Positions 7,270-16,835 are shown, numbered from the stretch's first letter. The stretch: 34,989 nt of DNA from Desulfonatronovibrionaceae bacterium (GCA_046539845.1 JBKHGE010000022.1:1-34989), one strand, 5' to 3'. A program made the numbers and translations. The notes: generated by a model not told the origin, from the sequence alone.

Positions 7270-8447
7270 ACCTTCATAAGCCCTGCATCATTGTCCAGCT
7301 GGGCCCATTTGCGAATACATTTGAGCCTCTGCATATAGGGCTCGCTCAAAAAGTATTCATCCATCTTTTGCAATTCCTTCAGGCAGGCCTCAGCTTCCTG
7401 TAGCTCCCCACAGGCTCTGGCCGTCTTGGCTAGTCTGGCATACACCCTTTTCAACGGGAAATACAAGGCCTGAGAATGCAGGATGTCAAAGGCCACGCTC
7501 ACCTCTTTCCCCGCCCTTTTCAAGGCCAGCTCATAGCCCTGCTCCCAATAGGGGTATTTGACAAGCATCCGGAAAATCTCCTTGAAGGCGGCGTCACTAC
7601 TCCATTTTTCCAGTTCCCGACTTTTGTCCTCCCCTAGACGGTAATAGACCTGAAGCAGCTCGTTAAAGGCAATATCCAGCCCGTCCTGGGCGGCATGGAG
7701 ATGAGTATCGGCCCGAACCAGGGAGGCGGCGCGGCGCATGAAAACCCCACAGTTTTCCGAGTCATGATCGAAACGCCCCTCAGACATACTAGTATAATGG
7801 TATATGCGGCTTTCCGGGACGCATTTCAGTGTATAGCCCTCCCTGCCCAAAGAGGCGCAGAGGTCGATGTCCTCGTAGCCGTTTTTATATTCCTCACAAA
7901 AACCGCCCACAAAAGTGAACAGATCACGCCTGATCATAAGGGCAGCCGCGGTCAGGGCCTGTACCTTTCTTCCTTTCTGGGCCAGGGTGGAGACCGCTGG
8001 GATGCAGTGATAGAGGTGTATCAAATTATCCGTAGGGGTGAAGCTTATGCCCAGATGCTGCACCAGATTGCTCTCCGGGTACAATAAAAGCGGCCCTACA
8101 GCTCCGGTTTTATCGTTAAAAGCATTTAAAAGCGGCTCCAGCCATCCCGGCGTACATTCGGTGTCGTTATTCAAAAAAAACAAAAATTGTGCATCGGCTG
8201 TACGCGCCCCCAGATTGCAGGCTGGCCCGAAATTTATGTTTTCCTCTAGCCTAATATATTCAAACCGGGAGCCGAAAATTTCATTCCCGACTTGTGCGCA
8301 CAAAGCCGGTGTCTTATCCGTGGAGCCGTTGTCCACGACTAGGACCTGGACATTCTCCCAAGGCGTATGCTCGCGCAGACTTTTTAGACAGGAGGATGTA
8401 TACCCCCATTGATTGAAAACCGGGATAATAACTGCGACTCTATACAC
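7248..8447 (-). CDS. Glycosyltransferase family 2
   Basis: VIIPVFN, VVDNGSTD, FGPACNLGA, FLNNDT and GYEDIDLC; helical C-terminal extension. Confidence 0.92.
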   Translation of the reverse strand: MYRVAVIIPVFNQWGYTSSCLKSLREHTPWENVQVLVVDNGSTDKTPALCAQVGNEIFGSRFEYIRLEENINFGPACNLGARTADAQFLFFLNNDTECTPGWLEPLLNAFNDKTGAVGPLLLYPESNLVQHLGISFTPTDNLIHLYHCIPAVSTLAQKGRKVQALTAAALMIRRDLFTFVGGFCEEYKNGYEDIDLCASLGREGYTLKCVPESRIYHYTSMSEGRFDHDSENCGVFMRRAASLVRADTHLHAAQDGLDIAFNELLQVYYRLGEDKSRELEKWSSDAAFKEIFRMLVKYPYWEQGYELALKRAGKEVSVAFDILHSQALYFPLKRVYARLAKTARACGELQEAEACLKELQKMDEYFLSEPYMQRLKCIRKWAQLDNDAGLMKVYRELRG

Positions 8448-8623
8448 CTGACCACTCGTTTTCCGGTTTTATAACCTCTTTTTCCGGCAGGGGATTGTGC
8501 CCTTCACATTTGTTTTTCCGGCTTTAAAATCCGCTGCGCACAACCAAGAAGGTCCAAGGCTTCATGACCTTTTGGTGTCCTTTGTGATGGCAGCTGGACT
8601 AAACGATTATTTTGTCTCCAGAT

Positions 8624-8660
8624 TAAAAGTAAAGACCACCCCCCCTCCAGGATGGTCTTA
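8624..8660 (-). terminator. Intrinsic terminator after the solute-binding protein gene
   Basis: Minus-strand stem AAGACCAUCC/GGGUGGUCUU followed by UACUUUU. Confidence 0.6.
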
Positions 8661-8704
8661 AACACCTGCGCCCCACACCCTCGTTAATGCCGGTCCTGTC
8701 GATT

Positions 8705-9415
8705 CTATCGACTCAGCTCGTCCAGGGCATTTTGCAGCCGGTCAAGGACAGTAGCATTCGTCTCCGGGTGGCAAGCCAGGTAGTGATCCCCCCGGCCAAG
8801 GACGAAAACGGTCTCAAACAGGGAGGGGTCAATATTGTTTTTCTTGGCTATGTATTCCAGGGTCAGCTCATCATAAGCCACGAGATCGATCCGGCCGCGA
8901 ACGAGCTTGCGCAGGTTCAAAAGGGCGGAAGCGGACTTGTCAATATTTTCCTCGGGCACGCCGGACTCACTCAAAAGATGGACACACACATCCTCAATCA
9001 CCACCCCAGTCCGATAATTTTCAATATCCTGCAGGGAATTTATCTCCACCTCTCTATCGCGCAAAGCGACCAGTACTTTTTCCGTATTCACCAGCGGGCC
9101 TACCCACTTGAAAAAGGGTTCTCTTTCTCTGGTCCGCATGGTGGTATACACACAAGTGTTCGGATTATTCCTGGCCGCGGAATAGGCCCGTGCCCAGGGT
9201 ACGAGTCGAATATCCTCTCTGGCGATGTCCAGCCCTGCCTTTTCCGTCGCCCGAAGCAAAAGATCCGTATTCACCCCGCGGACCTCGCCGTCCTGTTCGT
9301 AATTGTAAGGGGGATAGTCCTCGGTATACAGCTGTAGATTCTGGCAAAGCGCACCGGCTGGGATAAGCAAAAGAAAAAAAAGAGTAAGCAAGGATACGCG
9401 GAGGAAGGAAGACAT
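8705..9415 (-). CDS. Periplasmic substrate-binding protein, family 3-like
   Basis: Signal peptide, then TEDYPPYNY, PWARA, RTRERE..FKWVGP and KLVRGRIDL. Confidence 0.88.
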   Translation of the reverse strand: MSSFLRVSLLTLFFLLLIPAGALCQNLQLYTEDYPPYNYEQDGEVRGVNTDLLLRATEKAGLDIAREDIRLVPWARAYSAARNNPNTCVYTTMRTREREPFFKWVGPLVNTEKVLVALRDREVEINSLQDIENYRTGVVIEDVCVHLLSESGVPEENIDKSASALLNLRKLVRGRIDLVAYDELTLEYIAKKNNIDPSLFETVFVLGRGDHYLACHPETNATVLDRLQNALDELSR

Positions 9416-9618
9416 GGATTTATTTACCTGCCCGGGCGTTAACGAAGGTTGAAAAAACTTGATCCCAGCTCACTTGAAAATCTCAAGGAACGGCGCAAAA
9501 AAACAAAACCAAAGGGCACTTATTTGCAAGTGAGGGTTTTAGCTCTTTGCCATTTTACCGCTTTTGGAGATCTGCACTCAGCTGTTAAAGACGTTATCTC
9601 AGGACTTACTTGCTCCTT

Positions 9619-12462
9619 TTATTTGGCCAGATTCTTTTGCAGGACAAAAAGCAAGGCGCTGGTGTCCACCGGCTTGGACAAATAATCGTCCATGCCCGCG
9701 GCTATGAACCTGTCCCTGTCCCCGCGCATGGCATAGGCGGTCATGGCGATAATGCATACATCGGATTTATCCTTGAATTGCGGAGAGGAACGGATCTTCT
9801 GGGTGGCGGTCACCCCGTCCATTTTGGGCATCTGGATATCCATCAGTATGCAGTCCACCTCGTTCCCGGCAAGCATTTCCAGAGCCTGGACCCCGTCCTC
9901 GGCCAGAAGCACCCGGCACCCGAATTTCTCCAGCATTCTCCTGGTCGCCAGGCGGGTGACCGGGTCGTCGTCAACAACCATCACCTGGTAGGAGCTCAGT
10001 ATATCCTGCAGCTCTTCAGTCTCAGCCGCGTTCTTTAACTCGTATCTGTCCATCTTGTAGGGTATATTTACGTAAACGGTTGTCCCTTGTCCATCAACGG
10101 AGTCTATGCTCAGAGTTCCATTCAAAAGCTGGACCAGGCGCTTGACCAGGGCCAGGCCCAGACCAGCACCTTCGTGTTCCCGCCTGAAGGAGCCGTCTAT
10201 CTGACTGAAGGTGTCAAATATCCCGGGCAAGGCCTCATCCGGTATCCCGCATCCGGTGTCCGAGACCTGGAAAAGCACCCGGCAATCATAGCCGTGTACC
10301 GGCCAGGGATAAAAATAGGCCCGAACCTCCACCCGACCGGATTCAGTAAACTTCAGGGCGTTGCCCACCAGATTGAACAATATCTGGGTGGTGCGACTAC
10401 TATCCCCGATCAAATGATGCGGCATATCCTCGCTTGCGTCAATACTGAATTCCAATCCTTTGCGTCTGGCCACTTGAAAGAATATATCCCGCACCGACTG
10501 CAAAACATCAGTAAACACGAACTCCCCCTCACGGATATCAAGCTTTCCGGCCTCTATTTTGGCCAGATCCAGGATGTCCGCCAAAAGGCGGTTCAAACGC
10601 TTGGAGGAGGTCACTGCCATTTGCGCATACTCCCTCTGTTCCGCGTCCAGCTCCCCGGTCTGTAAGAGTTGGAGCATACCCAAAACCCCGTTTAACGGGG
10701 TCCGGATCTCGTGGCTCATATTGGCCAGGAACTCACTTTTCATCCGGTTGCTTTCCTCAGCCTTATCCTTGGCCCGGAGGAGATCGGCATAGATCCGCTC
10801 CTGCTCCAGCCTGGCCTGCATTATCGGGGCGATATAATTGGCCAAACTCTGTAGGTAGTCACGATCGGTTTCCCTGAACTCGTCCTGTCTGTGGGCCACA
10901 GCAATAAGTCCGATGAGTTCATTTCTGCACAGGATGGGGGAGACAAGCGCATTTTCCAAGATAATGTCTCCCTCGGGCAGACTCAGGGAGGAGTTGGCAT
11001 AAAGGGCTGTCTTTTCCTGCAGCGCCCGGCCCAATATCCCGCCCCAATCCCGGGACGGGAAGACGATCCGTTTGTCCGGGATGTTGCATCTTTCCCAGAC
11101 ATCACTGGTCATGGCCGGACAAATCAAGTTGCCCTCCTGATCAAGATAACTGATAACCCCGTATCCACACCCGAAATACCTTAAGATAACGTCCAGCACC
11201 TCGGAATAGCTCCTGTCGTCAGAGACAGCCAAAAATCCAGCTGCGATGCTATTGTGCAGCAAGAGCCTCTGCTCGCTTTTTTCCAGTTCTCTGCGGTTCT
11301 CCTCTTGGTGCCGGCGCAGACGCAGATTGGCCAGTCCATAGGCCACATCCCTGCCCATCTCCTGCAAGAGTTCCATTTCCTCCGCATCAAAGGCCTCCCC
11401 GGTCCCGGAGTAGATCTCCAGAACTCCCAGGGCCTGCTCTCCGTAGATGAGGGGCAAAGACAGACAGGAGGCAAATCCCCGCTTGAGCGCCTCTGCACTC
11501 CACGTTCGGAATGCCCCCGCGGTGCCGATATCGCTTTCCAACACTGCACGACCGTTGCGAAAAGCGGTTCCGGTCGGCCCCCGCCCAGTATCCTCTTCCG
11601 GAGATATACAAAACTTGGCTTCCTCCAGGTAGCCGTGTTCCTCTCCAGAAAAGGCAGCGGGCACTATCTTCTCCCCGCTTGCGTCCGGGAAACCCACCCA
11701 GGCCATGCGGTATTTGCCCTTTTCCACCAGCACATCGCACATCTTCTGCAAAAAAACGTCCTCGTCGTCCTCGCGAATGAGCACCTGATTCACTTTCTTG
11801 AGCACAGAGAGGGAGCGATTTACGCTCTCCATTTTCTTCTGGGTCTCCACCTGCCGGGTCTGATCCTCAATGGCGAATACCACCCGTTCCACCCGCTCGC
11901 CAGCGTCAAAGAGAGGAGCTCCGTTTATCTTCAAATAGGCCGGGCCCTTGTCCGGTCTGTAAATGATATGCTCTGCATCCTGGACTATTTCTCCCCATTC
12001 CATAACCTGCCTGAAAGGAAGATCCTCGTCCGGCACTGGAGTCCCGCTGAAATCGACAATGCCCCACTTCGGATCGTTAAAGGCCCGGCCGCAAAGCTCC
12101 TCTTCGGTCGCTTCGAAGATCTTCTCGGCATAGGAATTGACCGTCCGAACCCTACCCTCGCGGTCTACAGTGACAATGCCTATGGGACTGTTTTCCACCA
12201 AGCTGTCTGCAAAATCCTTCTGCCGCCTGATTTCGAGTTCCGCGCCCTCCAGCCGCAAAAATCCCCTGCGGACCAGATACCAGATAAGCGCTGTGGAACC
12301 GAGGACAAAGACCCAGCCCTTGCCGGTCTGCACCCGGGTTATCAGATTGGGGTCCTCAAATAAAAGCCTTACACTGGTATCGGAAAAAATAACCCACAAA
12401 ACAGAAACCGTCAGGTAGATACCTACCACCCGATACAGCTGAAATGTGGTCTTGTTTTCCAT
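9619..12462 (-). CDS. Membrane hybrid sensor histidine kinase (2TM-PAS-GAF-GAF-HisKA-HATPase-REC)
   Basis: H-box [17 protein letters not shown]-box [11 protein letters not shown]-boxes DTGCGI and GAGLGL, receiver [12 protein letters not shown]. Confidence 0.95.
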   Translation of the reverse strand: MENKTTFQLYRVVGIYLTVSVLWVIFSDTSVRLLFEDPNLITRVQTGKGWVFVLGSTALIWYLVRRGFLRLEGAELEIRRQKDFADSLVENSPIGIVTVDREGRVRTVNSYAEKIFEATEEELCGRAFNDPKWGIVDFSGTPVPDEDLPFRQVMEWGEIVQDAEHIIYRPDKGPAYLKINGAPLFDAGERVERVVFAIEDQTRQVETQKKMESVNRSLSVLKKVNQVLIREDDEDVFLQKMCDVLVEKGKYRMAWVGFPDASGEKIVPAAFSGEEHGYLEEAKFCISPEEDTGRGPTGTAFRNGRAVLESDIGTAGAFRTWSAEALKRGFASCLSLPLIYGEQALGVLEIYSGTGEAFDAEEMELLQEMGRDVAYGLANLRLRRHQEENRRELEKSEQRLLLHNSIAAGFLAVSDDRSYSEVLDVILRYFGCGYGVISYLDQEGNLICPAMTSDVWERCNIPDKRIVFPSRDWGGILGRALQEKTALYANSSLSLPEGDIILENALVSPILCRNELIGLIAVAHRQDEFRETDRDYLQSLANYIAPIMQARLEQERIYADLLRAKDKAEESNRMKSEFLANMSHEIRTPLNGVLGMLQLLQTGELDAEQREYAQMAVTSSKRLNRLLADILDLAKIEAGKLDIREGEFVFTDVLQSVRDIFFQVARRKGLEFSIDASEDMPHHLIGDSSRTTQILFNLVGNALKFTESGRVEVRAYFYPWPVHGYDCRVLFQVSDTGCGIPDEALPGIFDTFSQIDGSFRREHEGAGLGLALVKRLVQLLNGTLSIDSVDGQGTTVYVNIPYKMDRYELKNAAETEELQDILSSYQVMVVDDDPVTRLATRRMLEKFGCRVLLAEDGVQALEMLAGNEVDCILMDIQMPKMDGVTATQKIRSSPQFKDKSDVCIIAMTAYAMRGDRDRFIAAGMDDYLSKPVDTSALLFVLQKNLAK

Positions 12463-12724
12463 GCCTATCTCCCTGCAAGCTTAGACTCACAAACATGCAG
12501 CCGACCGCGTTCAGGCAGCCGGCAGGGCAATACTTCTATTAAACCAGTTTAAGCAGAATCAGGCAAAAATGACAAGCAACAACCATGCATTTTTTCAGGG
12601 AGCGGGCGCATAATCAGAAGATATAAAAAGCTGGGTATATTACTTTCTTTGCTTTTCCCGTTTTCTGCTCTTTAATACCCCTTGCAAGAAAAAAAGACTT
12701 TTTGCCGTTTCAAGGACTTATTTT

Positions 12725-13036
12725 TTAAAAGGTAAAGACCTTGTCTGCTTCTTTAGCGATTTCGTACAGGTCATCCATCCAGCCTATGGGGCAGGTGCTT
12801 GATCCCTCCAGACCGTGGGATTTCATGCACACCCCTCAGACATAGAAATCGCCTTCGAAGCGGTTTATCTGGCCCGCGACATCGAATTCTTCGCTGCCTG
12901 CCTGCTCAAAGAGGACTCCCTTCCCCAGCATGAACACGCTGACTTCATCCCCTTTATCCACGCCCACATTGGCCAGGCGCATGGCATTGAAAATGGTCTC
13001 CCCGTGATCCGTAGTGATTAAAAACAAAACCTTCAT
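12725..13036 (-). CDS. DsrE/DsrF-like sulfur-transfer family protein, probable selenoprotein (103 aa, Sec67, UxxC)
   Basis: N-terminus has the DsrE pattern (VSVFMLGKGV). The TGA at 12838-12836 is followed in frame by GVCMKSHGLEGSSTCPIGWMDDLYEIAKEADKVFTF-TAA(12725), which completes a typical DsrE C-terminus. Confidence 0.88.
12794..12834 (-). promoter_or_regulatory. Putative bacterial SECIS hairpin
   Basis: Immediately 3' of the UGA: GGUG..UGA.AUCCC-ACGGUCUGGA-GGGAU.CA.GCACC. The apical GGUCUG resembles the E. coli fdhF SECIS. Confidence 0.65.
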
Positions 13037-13057
13037 CAGCTCCTCCTTTTTTTACAA

Positions 13058-13099
13058 ATTGACCATTAGAGTCTATCCTAGAGGATTCCCTTTTTTCAA
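13058..13099 (-). promoter_or_regulatory. Promoter of the DsrE gene with an overlapping palindromic operator
   Basis: Minus-strand TTGAAA (13099-13094), 18 nt, TAGACT (13075-13070). The dyad ATTGAC-N7-GTCTAT at 13058-13076 covers the -10. Confidence 0.5.
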
Positions 13100-13303
13100 T
13101 GGCTTTGTCATCCTTTTTTAAAAACTGCAGCCCGGTACCCGAAGCGGTAATGTTGCGTACTTGAAAAACTCGCCTTGTCGCGCCCTGATCTTGGATGACG
13201 CAGCTAGCAAAAAGTCGTAAAAATATTTGTTTCCAGCACTCAGAAATCTTAGTGCTGGAAAGGCTGTTTGAGGTACAAAGGTGCGGGGAAGAAGAGGATG
13301 GAT

Positions 13304-13342
13304 AAAAAAATCGGGCAGGCTGGGAAATATCCAGCCTGCCCG
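13304..13342 (-). terminator. Intrinsic terminator of tRNA-Ala
   Basis: 12-bp perfect stem CGGGCAGGCTGG/CCAGCCTGCCCG, with a U7 tract on the minus strand. Confidence 0.85.
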
Positions 13343-13360
13343 CTAAGTCACAAAAAGGAG

Positions 13361-13436
13361 TGGTGGAGCTGAGGGGACTTGAACCCCTGACCCCCTGAAT
13401 GCCATTCAGGTGCTCTCCCAACTGAGCTACAGCCCC
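13361..13436 (-). tRNA. tRNA-Ala (anticodon GGC)
   Basis: GGGGCTGTAGCTCAGTTGGGAGAGCACCTGAATGGCATTCAGG...GGTTCAAGTCCCCTCAGCTCCACCA; 76 nt with encoded CCA. Confidence 0.97.
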
Positions 13437-13527
13437 GCAATGCGCGATAAGCCTGCCATTTACCCGCCTGAGAAGCTGTTGTCAATAGTTTACAGACAGA
13501 TTGATAATCGCGGCGGGCTTAAAGATT

Positions 13528-13554
13528 CGGGGCCTCCCCCTGGGGGAGACCCCG
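13528..13554. terminator. GC-rich hairpin downstream of the hsp20 operon, probable terminator
   Basis: CGGGGCCTCCCCC-T-GGGGGAGACCCCG inverted repeat. Confidence 0.55.
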
Positions 13555-13610
13555 TTTTATAGCAACAGCCGGCCACCTCCGGTCCGAGTCCGAACCCGGC
13601 GGTCCGGTCG

Positions 13611-14066
13611 TTAGCTTTCTATGGCGATCTTGTGCCCCTTTTCCTTTTTGCTCTTGGGCACCTTTATGGTCAGCACTCCGTTTTTGAACTTGGCCTTTAT
13701 TTTGTCCGGCTCAGTAACCGAGGACAGGGGGATTGTCCGGTAAAAGGAGCCGTACAGGCATTCGCTGTAGGAGCGGCCGTCCTTTTCATCCCTTTTCTCT
13801 TCTCTTTTCTCCCCCCTTATTATCAACTGATTGTTCTCCACACTCACATCCACGTCCCTGGAGTCCATACCGGGCAATTCTGCCCTGACCTCCAGCTCGC
13901 CCTCTTTGTCCCGAACCTCCATGGCCGGGACAAAATCACTGTCCAACCGCTCCCTGGCCAAAAGGGGCTGGTCGAGCATGGTCTCGAACATATCCCATAT
14001 GGTCTGCGGAGTCCTTTCCTCCGGCTCGTTTCTTCTCCTGAATACTGGCAGCATGCGATCAAACAT
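13611..14066 (-). CDS. Hsp20/alpha-crystallin small heat shock protein
   Basis: AELPGMD, YGSFYRTIPL and AKFKNGVLTIKVPK. Confidence 0.95.
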   Translation of the reverse strand: MFDRMLPVFRRRNEPEERTPQTIWDMFETMLDQPLLARERLDSDFVPAMEVRDKEGELEVRAELPGMDSRDVDVSVENNQLIIRGEKREEKRDEKDGRSYSECLYGSFYRTIPLSSVTEPDKIKAKFKNGVLTIKVPKSKKEKGHKIAIES

Positions 14067-14091
14067 GGCTTACCACCTCCTCAACTAAAGA

Positions 14092-14466
14092 TTATTCGGC
14101 CTGAATCTCGATCTTTTTCGGCTTGGCCCTTTCCGCCTTGGGCAGAGTCAGCTCAAGCACTCCGCTGTCCAAAGCGGCTTTTATGTTTTCCTGGTCCACA
14201 ACATCGGATATAGTGAAACTGCGCACATATTCTCCGTCTCCGAACTCCATATGCACATTATTGGCCTTTTCCGGCCGCTTGGTCCGACTTACGCCCCGAA
14301 CCGTGAGTTCATTGTCGTTTAAATCAATATACAATTCATCTTTTTTTACACCAGGCATATCCATAAATATATGGAAGCCGTCTTCGCGCTCGATTATATC
14401 CGTACTCGGGGAATAACGGGGCAGACCCTGCTGCTTTTTCTGGACTTCCTTGTTTTCGCCGCTCAT
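14092..14466 (-). CDS. Hsp20/alpha-crystallin small heat shock protein
   Basis: PSTDIIE, MDMPGV, YVRSFTI and GVLELTLPK..KKIEI. Confidence 0.95.
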   Translation of the reverse strand: MSGENKEVQKKQQGLPRYSPSTDIIEREDGFHIFMDMPGVKKDELYIDLNDNELTVRGVSRTKRPEKANNVHMEFGDGEYVRSFTISDVVDQENIKAALDSGVLELTLPKAERAKPKKIEIQAE

Positions 14467-14478
14467 ATACTCACCTCC

Positions 14479-14892
14479 TTATTCGGACTCGATATTGATC
14501 TTCTTCGGCTTGGCCTCTTCAGACTTGGGCAGGACAACATCCAGTACGCCATCCTTCATTTTGGCCTTCACCTTGTCCACATCCACGGGCACATTCAGGT
14601 TAATCACCCTCTGAAACAGCCCTGTGGGGCGCTCCTGGCGATAAAAACTGCCCTTGGCCGCATCCCTTTTGCCCTTGATCTGTAGACTGCCGTCGGACAG
14701 AGTCAGGTCTATATCCTTTATATCCATTCCCGGTATCTCTGAATACACATAGATGTTTGTCTCATCTTCATGAATGTTCACCGGCGGATACGACTGTCTC
14801 CTTTGACTGATCATGGACGGTTTCCACATCTCATCCAGCATTCTGTCCAGCTGCCTGGGAAAGTCATAGAATGTGCTGAAATCAATAACCAT
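14479..14892 (-). CDS. Hsp20/alpha-crystallin small heat shock protein
   Basis: YPPVNI, EIPGM, RQERPTGLFQR and DGVLDVVLPK. The GGAGGTG RBS favours ATG 14892 (track 14901). Confidence 0.95.
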   Translation of the reverse strand: MVIDFSTFYDFPRQLDRMLDEMWKPSMISQRRQSYPPVNIHEDETNIYVYSEIPGMDIKDIDLTLSDGSLQIKGKRDAAKGSFYRQERPTGLFQRVINLNVPVDVDKVKAKMKDGVLDVVLPKSEEAKPKKINIESE

Positions 14893-14934
14893 ATCCATCA
14901 CCTCCGTTTGCTTGTTTCTTTTTGCTCTGCTTCT

Positions 14935-14963
14935 TTAAATAAGCACTTCTGCCGCACTGTCAA
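14935..14963 (-). promoter_or_regulatory. Putative promoter of the hsp20 operon
   Basis: Minus-strand TTGACA followed by CTTATTTA. The sigma factor (RpoD or RpoH-like) cannot be determined. Confidence 0.45.
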
Positions 14964-15182
14964 TAAGAAGCCGTGCAAAAATACGACTTTGAAAACCCTT
15001 TTTGCCGCAGATGCCTGAAAAATTTAAATTCACTGCATTTGTTTCCGCGCAAACCATAACTGCGCTGCAAAAACAAAGTGTCCAGAAACCCCATTTACTC
15101 CGCACGCTCGAGCCAAACCAGTTTTTCTGCAAACAATCCGCTATGCAACTCCTTGCTTTCCAAAAACATCCTTGGACCAACT

Positions 15183-15211
15183 TTGACTTTGCCAAGGGAA
15201 GAAGGCATACT
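15183..15211 (+). promoter_or_regulatory. Sigma70-type promoter of ahbD-ahbA-rpe
   Basis: TTGACT, 17 nt, CATACT. Confidence 0.55.
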
Positions 15212-15273
15212 TGTTTTTTTAAGGCCCGGCATACCGAGAAAACTAACCCGATCCGGGTTTACCGAGAAACAAA

Positions 15274-16347
15274 ATGAGCAAAAAAATACAAAATGTTCCC
15301 CCTTTCCCTCTGCGGCTTATCGCCTGGGAAGTCACCGGTGCCTGCAATCTGGCCTGCAAACACTGCCGGGCCGAGGCGCTTACCCAGCCCTTCCCGGACG
15401 AATTAAGCACTTCCGAGGCCAGGGCGCTTATTGATACCTTTCCTTTGACCGGAGATCCGGTAGTCATCTTTACCGGCGGGGAGCCGCTTATGCGCACGGA
15501 TATCTTTGAACTGGCCGAATATGCCGGATCAAAGGGACTGCGCTGCGTAATGGCCCCCAACGGGACCCTGGTCAATGCCGATAACGCGGGAATGATGCGC
15601 AAAACCGGCATCCAGCGCTGCAGTATTTCCATAGACGGGGCAGACTCAGCCAGCCACGACTCCTTCCGGGGTGTACCCGGGGCGTTTGACGCGGCCATAC
15701 GCGGCATTGAACACCTAAAATCCGAAGGGATTGAATTCCAGATCAACACCACAGTGACCCGAGACAATCTGGACAAATTCCAGAACATATTCCATCTGGC
15801 CGAAGATTTGGGTGCCGCTGCCTGGCACATCTTCATGCTCGTGCCCACCGGACGCGGGGCCGCTTTGAGCGAACAGATAATCACGGCCGAGGAATACGAA
15901 CGGACCCTGAACTGGTTCTATGATTTCCGCAAAACCACGGACATGCATCTCAAGGCCACCTGTGCCCCGCATTACTACCGCATCATGCGCCAGCGGGCCA
16001 AAGAAGAAGGGGTGAGTGTGGACCGGGAAAACTTCGGACTGGACGCCATGACCCGCGGTTGCCTAGGCGGAATAGGCTTTTGTTTTATATCCCACAGTGG
16101 ACAGGTCCAACCCTGCGGATATCTGGATTTGGAATGTGGGCAAGTCCGGGAGCAGCCGTTCAACGAGATATGGGAGTCTTCCCCGCAATTTCTGCAGCTG
16201 CGGGACCAGTCATGCTATAAGGGCAAATGCGGAGTGTGCGAGTACCACAAGGTATGCGGGGGATGCCGGGCCAGGGCCTATACTATGTCCGGGGACTATT
16301 TGGCCGAAGAACCCCTGTGTACTTATACCCCCCGCAAACTGCGCTAG
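15274..16347 (+). CDS. ahbD: Heme b synthase (radical SAM/SPASM, Fe-coproporphyrin III decarboxylase)
   Basis: LIAWEVT..CNLACKHCRA, KATCAPHYYR and SPASM CGVCEYHKVCGGCRARA; adjacent to ahbA. Confidence 0.92.
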   Translation: MSKKIQNVPPFPLRLIAWEVTGACNLACKHCRAEALTQPFPDELSTSEARALIDTFPLTGDPVVIFTGGEPLMRTDIFELAEYAGSKGLRCVMAPNGTLVNADNAGMMRKTGIQRCSISIDGADSASHDSFRGVPGAFDAAIRGIEHLKSEGIEFQINTTVTRDNLDKFQNIFHLAEDLGAAAWHIFMLVPTGRGAALSEQIITAEEYERTLNWFYDFRKTTDMHLKATCAPHYYRIMRQRAKEEGVSVDRENFGLDAMTRGCLGGIGFCFISHSGQVQPCGYLDLECGQVREQPFNEIWESSPQFLQLRDQSCYKGKCGVCEYHKVCGGCRARAYTMSGDYLAEEPLCTYTPRKLR

Positions 16348-16370
16348 GCTTGTAGACAAAGGCGGCAACC

Positions 16371-16835
16371 ATGGATGAACTGGACAAAAAGATCCTGGAC
16401 ATAATCCAGTCCGACTTCCCCATTCAGGCCCGGCCCTACAGGGAAATCGGCAAACTGGTAGGGCTTACCGAAGCCGAGGCCCTGGCCCGGGTCCGGGCTC
16501 TGGAGCAGACAGGGGTCATCCGGCGCATCGGGGCTAATTTCCAGTCCCGCAAGCTGGGGTGGCACAGCACCCTGTGCGCCGCGGCAGTTCCAGAGGAGAG
16601 CCTCGAGGAATTCGTGGCCGAGGTCAACAGACATCCCGGAGTTACCCATAATTACCTGCGCAAACACAACCACAACGTGTGGTTTACCTATATCGCTCCC
16701 TCCGAGGAATACGTAAATAAAGCCCTGGCCGACATCACCGCCAAGACAGGCATAGAAATCCTGAATCTCCCTGCGGAAAGGATGTTCAAGATCCAGGTGG
16801 ATTTTCCCATGCAAGACGAGGACAAGGATGAATAA
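16371..16835 (+). CDS. ahbA: Siroheme decarboxylase alpha subunit
   Basis: IQSDFPI..RPY, IRRIGANF, STLCAA and GVTHNYLR..NVWFT. Confidence 0.92.
   Translation: MDELDKKILDIIQSDFPIQARPYREIGKLVGLTEAEALARVRALEQTGVIRRIGANFQSRKLGWHSTLCAAAVPEESLEEFVAEVNRHPGVTHNYLRKHNHNVWFTYIAPSEEYVNKALADITAKTGIEILNLPAERMFKIQVDFPMQDEDKDE

Noticed and set aside
11254..12363. 369-aa plus-strand ORF
   Set aside because: Antisense shadow of the histidine kinase with no recognisable motifs.
12836..13036. 66-aa truncated DsrE or pseudogene call
   Set aside because: The frame continues intact after the UGA at the conserved Cys position and has a SECIS-like hairpin. Recoding is the more parsimonious explanation.
12954..13421. 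155-aa minus-strand ORF
   Set aside because: Runs through the tRNA, its terminator and the DsrE start; spurious.
14940..14966. Full CIRCE (HrcA) operator
   Set aside because: Only one arm resembles TTAGCACTC. The position of the second arm reads TGTCAATAA.
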